Source: Ruminococcus sp. (GTDB taxonomy: Bacteria; Bacillota; Clostridia; Oscillospirales; Ruminococcaceae). Taken from it: a stretch of 64,000 bases of DNA. A program made the translations under genes and the position numbers. The stretch spans positions 19,271-83,270 of the forward strand of contig JAFUTU010000008.1 of NCBI GenBank assembly GCA_017484095.1. The letters are read 5' to 3'. The first letter of the stretch is position 1, and each line of letters starts with the position of its first letter. Below, in pieces: positions 18,639 through 26,107 of this stretch. Under the pieces are notes generated by a model. It was not told where the DNA came from. It worked only from the letters and a program-made list of their open reading frames with translations, and did no database searches.

Positions 18639-20048
18639 ATGAAAATACTGTATACAGCAAGTGAAGCACTGCCTTTCATCGCTTCGGGCGGACTGGCTGA
18701 TGTAGCAGGCTCTCTCCCGACTGCTCTCAATGCAGCCGGACATGACTGTCGTGTCGTTATACCGTATTACAGCAGCATAAAGCAGGAGCTTAAAGATAAA
18801 GTAAGCTATCTGACAAACTTTACTGTTCCCGTTGCATGGAGAAACCAGTACTGCGGAGTGTTCGTAGGAGTAGTTAACGGAGTTACCTATTATCTGCTCG
18901 ATAATGAGTATTACTTTATGAGAAACGGTCTTTACGGCTTTTATGATGATGCCGAGAGATTTATCTTTTTCTCAAGAGCTGTCCTCGAGCTTCTCAGATA
19001 TATTGACTTCAAGCCCGAGATAATCAATGCAAACGACTGGCAGACAGCCTTGGTGCCTGTTTACTATGATATATTCTATCGCTATCAGCAGGGCTATGAG
19101 GACATAAAGACCGTATTCACTATCCACAATATCCAGTATCAGGGCAGATACGGCCTTGAGCTCATCAATGATATAATGGGTATTCCTCTTTATCATACTG
19201 ATCTGCTTACTTATGACGGCGATGTGAACTTCATGAAGGCAGCTATCGAAGTCAGTGATAAGGTAACAACGGTATCGCCAAGCTACGCATGGGAGATACT
19301 TGACCCGTGGTATTCGCACGGTTTAGACAGAGAGCTCTGTACAAAACAGCATAAGCTTTGCGGTATACTTAACGGTATCGACATAAACGTATATGACCCT
19401 GCGAAAGATAAGGTCATAGCTAAGAATTACAGCCTGAATGACAAGCTTGGCAAACAGGCCTGCAAGCATGACCTTTTGGTGAGACTTGATATGTCGCAGG
19501 GCAAGGAGCCTGTTATCGGTATAGTTACAAGGTTCGTATCGCATAAGGGTCTTGATCTTATCAAATATGTATTTGAGGATATAATAAGGCTCGGCTATAA
19601 GTTTGCGATTCTTGGCTCAGGTGAGAAGATCTATGAAGATTTCTTCTCTGAGATGCACTATCGTTATCCCGACAGGGTAGGTCTTACTCTCGGCTTTGTT
19701 CCCGAGCTTTCAAGGCAGATATACGCAGGTGCGGATATGTTTCTTATGCCGTCGCAGAGTGAGCCATGCGGCCTTGCTCAGATGATTGCCTGCCGTTACG
19801 GTACTGTTCCTATAGTGAGAGAGACCGGCGGTCTCAGAGACAGCATCCATGATGCAGGTGATAAGGGCGGAAACGGCTTTACGTTCAAATCGTATAACGC
19901 CCATGATATGCTTGACGCCTGTGTTCGTGCAAGAGCATACTATGATGACAAAATGAAGTGGGGCAGACTTGTAAGCACCTGCATGAAGCAGGATTTCAGC
20001 TGGACAAAGTCAGCCAAGGATTATATCGAGCTTTACGAAAGCCTGTAA
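18639..20048 (+). CDS. glgA: glycogen synthase (ADP-glucose type, GT5)
   Basis: 469 aa with the N-terminus KILYTASEALPFIASGGLADV and overall GlgA pattern. GGGGG RBS. Confidence 0.93.
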   Translation: MKILYTASEALPFIASGGLADVAGSLPTALNAAGHDCRVVIPYYSSIKQELKDKVSYLTNFTVPVAWRNQYCGVFVGVVNGVTYYLLDNEYYFMRNGLYGFYDDAERFIFFSRAVLELLRYIDFKPEIINANDWQTALVPVYYDIFYRYQQGYEDIKTVFTIHNIQYQGRYGLELINDIMGIPLYHTDLLTYDGDVNFMKAAIEVSDKVTTVSPSYAWEILDPWYSHGLDRELCTKQHKLCGILNGIDINVYDPAKDKVIAKNYSLNDKLGKQACKHDLLVRLDMSQGKEPVIGIVTRFVSHKGLDLIKYVFEDIIRLGYKFAILGSGEKIYEDFFSEMHYRYPDRVGLTLGFVPELSRQIYAGADMFLMPSQSEPCGLAQMIACRYGTVPIVRETGGLRDSIHDAGDKGGNGFTFKSYNAHDMLDACVRARAYYDDKMKWGRLVSTCMKQDFSWTKSAKDYIELYESL

Positions 20049-20063
20049 TATGGCAGAAAATAA

Positions 20064-20094
20064 AGCTCCCGAGGACGTTAAGTCTTCGGGAGCT
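20064..20094. terminator. bidirectional terminator between glgA and the convergent HD gene
   Basis: AGCTCCCGAGGAC-GTTA-(A)GTCTTCGGGAGCT stem with T-rich sequence on both sides. Confidence 0.7.
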
Positions 20095-20105
20095 TCTTTC
20101 TTCAA

Positions 20106-20642
20106 TTAATGTGCGCTTTTTCTGATACTCTGTGCCTTAGCCTTTACCTTTCTGCCGAGATGTACTCCTATCTCGAGAGCAGCTGCATACTTGTCTATGC
20201 AAACTATTACATAGGACTCCGCATACTTAGGCGGACGGAAGGTCAGCGGCCACATATGCTTGACGATCATATCCTCCTCGCGCTTGTCGATCTCAAAATG
20301 CTCTTTTGCATTTTTAAGAGCGACCTTAGGGTGGCTTGTTCCGTGAGGCTTGTCACCGCGCTTTTTCTCACGCTCTCTCCAGTCGTAAAGATACAGGTCG
20401 TGCAAAAGCCCTGCTCTCGCAGCAGCCCTTGAATCGAGCCCGAGCTTTCTGCAAACAAGATAATTATAGTAAGACACGTTCAGACAATGCTGATAGCAGG
20501 TAGTGCTGTAATGATGACGATATTTCTTCATCTCATTGACAACATCATCATCTATCAGATCCTTAACAAATTCAAAATACTCTTTGGTGTCATCCGAATG
20601 CTCGATCGAATATTTTGAACCCAGAGCCTTTGACATCGGCAT
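20106..20642 (-). CDS. HD-domain phosphohydrolase
   Basis: 178 aa with His...HD metal motifs (YQHCLNVSYY, AGLLHDLYLYD, HMWP). Confidence 0.8.
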   Translation of the reverse strand: MPMSKALGSKYSIEHSDDTKEYFEFVKDLIDDDVVNEMKKYRHHYSTTCYQHCLNVSYYNYLVCRKLGLDSRAAARAGLLHDLYLYDWREREKKRGDKPHGTSHPKVALKNAKEHFEIDKREEDMIVKHMWPLTFRPPKYAESYVIVCIDKYAAALEIGVHLGRKVKAKAQSIRKSAH

Positions 20643-20780
20643 TACCTCTTTTCAAAAATCATTTCGGTCAATTGTACGTATGACGGAAGAACACATCATG
20701 CTCTTCTTACTGATATTATACAATATTCAGACGAGTTTGTCTACAATAATTTATTAACAATTTTATTACAAATTTAATGG

Positions 20781-21674
20781 TCAGTAATATTTTTTATCAA
20801 AAAACTCAGGTATAAAATCCTTATCGGCAGAGCTTTTTTCCTGAAAATAACCGTCAAATCCGGCAGCTTCCACAGCCTTTAAAACGCTTTCATATTCAAA
20901 GGTCGAGGTCTTTCTTGAAAGCTCTTTATGCTCGAACGCTTTATATACAGGCGTATACTGGCTCATAAGGCTTATAAGTATATCCTCGGGAGAAAATATC
21001 TTTGAAAGCTCATCTATCAGCCTTAAAGAATCCTTCCTGTGCGAAGGCAGCACCAGATGTCTGACGATAATTCCCTTTCTCATAATGCCGTTATCATCGA
21101 ACACGGGTCTACCGACCTGCCTTAACATTTCTTTTAAGGCATTGATCGTTACTTCAAAATAGTTTTCTGCCGATGAATACTCAGCAGATATTGCGCTGTC
21201 GTAGTATTTTATGTCCGGAAGATACACATCGACATATCCCTCCAGCATTCTGAGAGTGTCAGCTTTTTCGTATCCGCCTGTATTATAAACTACGGTAGGT
21301 CTGTCGCCTGCGAACATTTCAAGCGCCTTGATTATCTGCGGTACGAACTGGGTAGAGCTGACAAGTTCAATGTTCTCACAGCCCATTTTGATAAGCCTTT
21401 CAAAGCTTTCATAAAGCTCGCTTACTGTGAGCTCGAACCCTTTGCCGAGCGATGATATCTCATAATTCTGGCAGTAGCAGCACCTGAGCGTGCACCCCGA
21501 AAAGAAAACAGTACCCGCGCCGCCTTCTCCGCTTATCGGTGGTTCCTCCCAGTGGTGCGGCTCAGCCCTTGCGATGCGGACATTTGCGCCTTCACCGCAG
21601 AACCCTTTTCTTTCAAATCTGTTGATACCGCACTCTCTTGGACAGAGCCTGCATTCTTTTAGAATATCATTCAT
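20781..21674 (-). CDS. radical SAM protein, PflX-like (activase-like)
   Basis: CxxxCxxC (CTLRCCYCQN) plus an N-terminal Cys cluster (CRLCPRECGINR). Its ATG overlaps the upstream ORF stop by 8 nt (ATGAATGA). Confidence 0.85.
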   Translation of the reverse strand: MNDILKECRLCPRECGINRFERKGFCGEGANVRIARAEPHHWEEPPISGEGGAGTVFFSGCTLRCCYCQNYEISSLGKGFELTVSELYESFERLIKMGCENIELVSSTQFVPQIIKALEMFAGDRPTVVYNTGGYEKADTLRMLEGYVDVYLPDIKYYDSAISAEYSSAENYFEVTINALKEMLRQVGRPVFDDNGIMRKGIIVRHLVLPSHRKDSLRLIDELSKIFSPEDILISLMSQYTPVYKAFEHKELSRKTSTFEYESVLKAVEAAGFDGYFQEKSSADKDFIPEFFDKKYY

Positions 21675-22248
21675 CAGTCTGCGTTATGGTGCTTGCAGTA
21701 CCGCTGTCAGAGAAGTAGTCCTTCGCATCATAGCTGTTTTCCACACCTGCAACAAAACCGAATATAACTATCATCAAGATCACAATAGCTATGATACAGC
21801 CGCTGCTTGTCTGATTGGGCTTTTGCTGCTGTCTGTTATAGCCTGAATTCTGAAGCCCCTGCTGTATGTTTGGCGGCAGCTGCTGATATCTGTAATTCTG
21901 CTGAGTTGCATTAAAGTTATACGGCTGCCTGTTCTGAGGTACTGTGTTCTGCTGATATGGCGGCCTGTAGCTCTGCTGGGGCGCCTTTCTGTAAACAGGA
22001 CTCCTGAAATTGGGGTCAGCAGCTTCCTCCTTGCGCTCTTTCGCAACAAAGTCGTTTTTCTTTTCCTTGTACATATCGGTACCGTCGATATCAAATCCCT
22101 TTGAGAACGGGTCAAGGTCATGGCTGTGAGTATCCTCGCCGTAAACTCCGCAGCTGATATCTTCTTCCCGAGCAGTAAGGCACTCAGGGCAGATCATCTC
22201 GTCATTTGACTGGAACCTGTATCCACAGAATCTGCATTTACTGTTCAT
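21667..22248 (-). CDS. zinc-ribbon membrane protein with Gln/Asn/Pro/Tyr-rich linker
   Basis: N-terminal CxxC...CxxC (CRFCGY...CPEC), a ~90-aa low-complexity Q/N/P/Y region, one TM helix (IIAIVILMIVIFGFVAGV) and a short tail. Confidence 0.65.
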   Translation of the reverse strand: MNSKCRFCGYRFQSNDEMICPECLTAREEDISCGVYGEDTHSHDLDPFSKGFDIDGTDMYKEKKNDFVAKERKEEAADPNFRSPVYRKAPQQSYRPPYQQNTVPQNRQPYNFNATQQNYRYQQLPPNIQQGLQNSGYNRQQQKPNQTSSGCIIAIVILMIVIFGFVAGVENSYDAKDYFSDSGTASTITQTDE

Positions 22249-22261
22249 ACCTTACCTCCTG

Positions 22262-23143
22262 TTATACGAATTCGCAGCCTTTTCTCACAGGGCTGCATAT
22301 TTTTTTATAAACATAACCGTCGATGCTGTCATATGCCCTTTGGATAGCATCGTCGTTGTCAAATATCCCGAACACTGCCGAGCCGCTGCCCGTCATAAGT
22401 GTCTGCAATGCGCCTGCGCGTTTCAGATCGTTCTTTGCCTTTGAGACCTCCTCGGGGCAGTGAGCATATTCCAGTGCATTGAACATATTTGCGCAAAGAC
22501 TGTATATGTTTCCGCTGCCGAGCGACTTTACAAATACGTCAATAGGGCACCTTTGAGGGTTAACTATGCTGTCATATGCCTTGTATGCCTCAGGTGTGGA
22601 TATACCGATATCAGGCTTTATTATCAAAAACTTGCACTCAGGGGAGGGCAGTCTGTGAACTATCTCTCCGATACCCTGGCAAAGCTGAGTTCCTCCAACC
22701 AGACAAAACGGCACATCTGCACCTATAGTAACACCCACTCTTCCAAGCTCATCGTCAGCAAGATTGGTACCGAACATAAAATTCAGCGCATTGAGCATTG
22801 CAGCACAGTCGGAGCTGCCTCCGCCCATGCCTGCCATTGAAGGCAGGTTTTTCTCGACCTTTACACTTATCCTTTTGCCGTGGTCGATACCTGTATGCTT
22901 TTGAAAAGCTGTTATAGCCTTATATATCAGATTATGCTCATCAAGAGGAAATCCTTCCTTATCACAGATAAGCTCTATACCTTCGCCGTCAGTCAGCTCT
23001 ATCTCCAGCAGATCATAGCAGTCAACAGACTGCATCACCGTATTGAGGATGTGATATCCGTCCTGCCTTTTGCCAACAATATCCAGCATCAGGTTTATTT
23101 TTCCGTAAGCCTTAACTCTAAGCTTGTCACAAACAGTTTTCAT
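22262..23143 (-). CDS. ispE: 4-diphosphocytidyl-2-C-methyl-D-erythritol kinase
   Basis: Start moved to ATG 23143, with an AGAGGTGA RBS; the track ORF has a 63-aa spurious extension. Motifs KINLMLDIVG and the GHMP loop PSMAGMGGGSSDCAA. Confidence 0.9.
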   Translation of the reverse strand: MKTVCDKLRVKAYGKINLMLDIVGKRQDGYHILNTVMQSVDCYDLLEIELTDGEGIELICDKEGFPLDEHNLIYKAITAFQKHTGIDHGKRISVKVEKNLPSMAGMGGGSSDCAAMLNALNFMFGTNLADDELGRVGVTIGADVPFCLVGGTQLCQGIGEIVHRLPSPECKFLIIKPDIGISTPEAYKAYDSIVNPQRCPIDVFVKSLGSGNIYSLCANMFNALEYAHCPEEVSKAKNDLKRAGALQTLMTGSGSAVFGIFDNDDAIQRAYDSIDGYVYKKICSPVRKGCEFV

Positions 23144-23148
23144 GTAGA

Positions 23149-23430
23149 TCACCTCTGTCTGATAAAAACAAAGTAAGCATATGCACAGCACCATACTATC
23201 AGCGCAAGTATATTCACTATGTAGAACAGTACGTGCTTTGTCTTGTGGCGAAATAACTGCATACCGAGCAGCCCGCCCACAGCACCTCCTGCCGCACCCA
23301 TAAACAGCAGTGTCTTTTCGGGGATACGCCACGCCCTGAACTTAGCCTTCAGCTTATCTATACCGTAGGCGAGGAAAGTGATAACATTGATCGCTATGAG
23401 ATATATGTATAATACCTTCAAGATGCTCAC
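23149..23430 (-). CDS. DUF1294 family membrane protein
   Basis: 93 aa with a GTG start. The pattern FLAYGIDKLKA...WRIPEKTLL...GGAVGGLLGM..FRHKTKH is typical of DUF1294. Confidence 0.7.
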   Translation of the reverse strand: MSILKVLYIYLIAINVITFLAYGIDKLKAKFRAWRIPEKTLLFMGAAGGAVGGLLGMQLFRHKTKHVLFYIVNILALIVWCCAYAYFVFIRQR

Positions 23431-23490
23431 CTCTTATCTACGAATAGTATATCACATATCCGCAAAAAAGTAAAGTGCCTCTCCTATAAC

Positions 23491-23524
23491 AAAAAAGAGC
23501 CGATGCCTTCAAGCACCGACTCTT
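23491..23524 (-). terminator. terminator of the HPr-like gene
   Basis: On the - strand, GAGUCGGUGC-UUGAAG-GCAUCGGCUC (two G-U pairs) followed by UUUUUU. Confidence 0.55.
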
Positions 23525-23543
23525 CTGAAAATACGATCCAGTA

Positions 23544-23771
23544 TTAAACCATGAATTCCTTGATCTCATCGAAGAACTTGTCAGCGTCATCAGTGTGAGC
23601 TGTCAGCTGGATCGGGCTGGAAAGGTCAAGGCTGAAAATACCCATAATAGACTTTCCGTCAACTGCATATCTGCCCGAAGCAAGATCAACATCGAAATCA
23701 TGCTGAGATACGATGCTTACAAACTTCTTTACATCGTTGATCGAATCAAGTAAGATCTTTGTCTTTTTCAT
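23544..23771 (-). CDS. HPr-like protein lacking the His15 site (Crh-like)
   Basis: Start at ATG 23771, with GAGGAGG upstream. 75 aa. The Ser46-type motif GKSIMGIFSL is kept, but the GIHARPA region reads SINDVKK. Confidence 0.75.
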   Translation of the reverse strand: MKKTKILLDSINDVKKFVSIVSQHDFDVDLASGRYAVDGKSIMGIFSLDLSSPIQLTAHTDDADKFFDEIKEFMV

Positions 23772-23884
23772 AATAAGTTCCTCCTCATAAAAAGAAAAAA
23801 TGTTTTTCATCTGCGTCGCGATCAGTTCTCACGCTTACTGACCCTTCGCCTTTCATAACCTCTGTAGGTCGCCCTACAACGCAT

Positions 23885-23912
23885 ATTATAGTCAGTTTTT
23901 TCTGTTTGTCAA
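23885..23912 (-). promoter_or_regulatory. promoter of the HPr-like gene
   Basis: On the - strand, TTGACA, 16 nt, TATAAT. This leaves a ~110-nt leader. Confidence 0.45.
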
Positions 23913-23919
23913 GAGAAAT

Positions 23920-23948
23920 TTGCAAAAAAAAATAAAATATGGTACAAT
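23920..23948 (+). promoter_or_regulatory. candidate promoter of mtaB
   Basis: TTGCAA, 17 nt, TACAAT. The downstream leader contains a 12-bp hairpin GTTAGATGTGCA...TGCATATCTAAC (about 23981-24030). Confidence 0.35.
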
Positions 23949-24120
23949 GTTTAATAAGTACAAAACTTGATACAATCTTTTGTTAGATGTGCATAAATTA
24001 AATATGAATTATTTGTGCATATCTAACACTTTGGAAGCTGATAAGCTGACTATCAGAATAATATGTTTATATCAGAATAATATTCTTGCATATCAAAAAT
24101 TTGATCCTTTCGGAGGTATT

Positions 24121-25428
24121 ATGAAAGCCTATTATTACACCTTCGGCTGCAAGGTAAACCAGTATGAGACAGGGAACATAAGAGAGCTCATGCTGTCTCT
24201 CGGGTATGATGACACCAGTGACCCTGCTGAGGCAGCTGTATGTATAGTCAATTCCTGCACTGTAACTGCCGAGGCTGATTCCAAGTGCAGACAACTGCTC
24301 AGAAAGCTCAGGCGTACAGCGCCCGATGCTGTCATAGTTCTGGCAGGCTGTTATGCACAGGCATTTGCAGATGAAGCAAAAGCACTGAGCGAATGTGATA
24401 TAATCGTAGGATCACGCGCAAAAAGAGATATCCCGCAGCTGGTCAGTGAGTTTATAAGCAGCAGAAAAAGAACTGTCAGCATTGCCCCTTATAGTAAAGG
24501 GCAGCAGATAGAACCGATGCTAAACCTCGGCAATGACAAAAAAACCAGAGCCTACATAAAGATACAGGACGGCTGCGACCAGTACTGCACCTATTGTATG
24601 ATACCGCTCGCCAGAGGTCATGTCTGCTCAAAGAATCCTGATGATATAGCGTCTGAGGCTCAGGCGCTTGTTGACAGCGGTCATAAGGAACTGATCTTAA
24701 CAGGCATAAATATGTGCTGCTACGGTAAAGATATCGGCGGCGTTGATCTTGCGGACGCAGTACGTGCAGCATCTACAGCGCAGGGCGATTTCAGGATAAG
24801 GCTGAGCTCACTGGAGCCTGAGCTTTTGACTGATGATATGATCAAGCGTCTGTCTGTGGATAAAAGGCTGTGTCCTCATTTTCACCTTGCGCTGCAAAGC
24901 GGCTGTGACAGGACCTTAAAAAGAATGAACAGGCATTACGATACCGCACGCTATGCACAGATAGTTTCAAGCCTGAGAGCATTATTCCCGAATTGTGCGG
25001 TGACCACCGATATAATGGTAGGTTTCCCGGATGAGCGTGACGATGACTTTGCACAGTCTCTCTCATTTGTTAAAGAGATGCAGTTTTCAGGAGCACACGT
25101 TTTTGCGTATTCCAGAAGAAAGGGCACCGCTGCTGACAGGTTTGCAGGGCAGCTGTCTCAGGAGGTAAAGAATGAACGCTCCAGAGCGATGCGGGAAGTA
25201 TGTGATCTCTCGGCAGAGGTCTACGCCAAAAGCATGATCGGAAGTATTGTCAGGGTCCTGTTTGAAAAAGAGCGTGATGATGAGTGGCATAAAGGCTACA
25301 GTGCAGAATATCTGAACGTAAGGGTCAGGCGTGAGGGCAGGGAGTCTCTCTGGAGAACATTTGCAGATGTTAAGATAATCTCTGCCGACAAAAACGGCTG
25401 CATAGGTGAGATAACGGAGGTATTGTGA
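24121..25428 (+). CDS. mtaB: tRNA t6A37 methylthiotransferase (MtaB-type MTTase)
   Basis: ATG 24121 follows GGAGG. Motifs: FGCKVNQYE N-terminal domain, radical SAM CDQYCTYC, TRAM-like C-terminus. Confidence 0.85.
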   Translation: MKAYYYTFGCKVNQYETGNIRELMLSLGYDDTSDPAEAAVCIVNSCTVTAEADSKCRQLLRKLRRTAPDAVIVLAGCYAQAFADEAKALSECDIIVGSRAKRDIPQLVSEFISSRKRTVSIAPYSKGQQIEPMLNLGNDKKTRAYIKIQDGCDQYCTYCMIPLARGHVCSKNPDDIASEAQALVDSGHKELILTGINMCCYGKDIGGVDLADAVRAASTAQGDFRIRLSSLEPELLTDDMIKRLSVDKRLCPHFHLALQSGCDRTLKRMNRHYDTARYAQIVSSLRALFPNCAVTTDIMVGFPDERDDDFAQSLSFVKEMQFSGAHVFAYSRRKGTAADRFAGQLSQEVKNERSRAMREVCDLSAEVYAKSMIGSIVRVLFEKERDDEWHKGYSAEYLNVRVRREGRESLWRTFADVKIISADKNGCIGEITEVL

Positions 25429-25429
25429 T

Positions 25430-26002
25430 ATGAATAAGAACACATTGAACAAGGCGAAGCCCATATTGTTTGGGCTTGTCATAATAATTTTTTGCGCTGT
25501 AAAGGCTTTCTGGGGCAGTGACATCATAACATCTGAAAAGGATAAGAGTTCGTCAAAATCTTCAAAAACATCTAGCTCTTCTGTTGTTGTTAAGGAAAGC
25601 TCCTCTTCATCAAAAAAGGGCACAGAGAGTGCCAAACCTGCCGAAACGACCGTTACAACCAAAAAAACTACCACTACTACGACCACCACGGCAACCACCA
25701 CTACCACGTCTGTGACCGAGCAGGCAAAGGAGTATGTTGAATACTATTTCAGAACAAAAAAACTCAGAGACTCTCATTATGAAAAGCACGGCATAGAGAT
25801 GGGCTTTTCATCGGCTGATGAATACCGCCATGCTGCCAGCGATGTTATCAATGATCCTGATGCACTTTCTAAAATTGAAAAAGAGGACGGCGACACCTGC
25901 TACTATATAGAAGAGACCGATGAATTCGTAGTTCTCTCAACAGACGGTTATATAAGGACTTATTTTAACCCTGGCGGTAAAGCTTATTTTGACAGGCAAT
26001 AA
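25430..26002 (+). CDS. membrane-anchored protein with Ser/Thr-rich linker and small unknown C-terminal domain
   Basis: 190 aa with an N-terminal TM helix, then an S-rich and TTTTTTTATTTTT linker, then a ~95-aa globular C-terminus. Its ATG lies 2 nt after the mtaB stop. Confidence 0.6.
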   Translation: MNKNTLNKAKPILFGLVIIIFCAVKAFWGSDIITSEKDKSSSKSSKTSSSSVVVKESSSSSKKGTESAKPAETTVTTKKTTTTTTTTATTTTTSVTEQAKEYVEYYFRTKKLRDSHYEKHGIEMGFSSADEYRHAASDVINDPDALSKIEKEDGDTCYYIEETDEFVVLSTDGYIRTYFNPGGKAYFDRQ

Positions 26003-26033
26003 ACCCACAACATAAAATATTTACAAAGATAAA

Positions 26034-26063
26034 TTGACTTTATATAGTGAGATATGCTATAAT
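26034..26063 (+). promoter_or_regulatory. promoter of purL
   Basis: TTGACT, 18 nt, TATAAT, with an extended -10 TGC, 45 nt before the ATG. Confidence 0.5.
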
Positions 26064-26107
26064 AACTGTAATAAGGTTTTCTCTTATAATAAGGAGGAGT
26101 ATAAAAA

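Noticed and set aside
25087-25707. 206-aa minus-strand ORF starting MVVVVAVVVVVVVVF
   Set aside because: The poly-Val run is the antisense reading of the poly-Thr (ACC/ACT/ACG) linker of gene 25430-26002, and the remainder is antisense to mtaB. The same explanation covers ORF 2629-2904, which is antisense to the poly-Thr/acidic linker of the lipoprotein gene.
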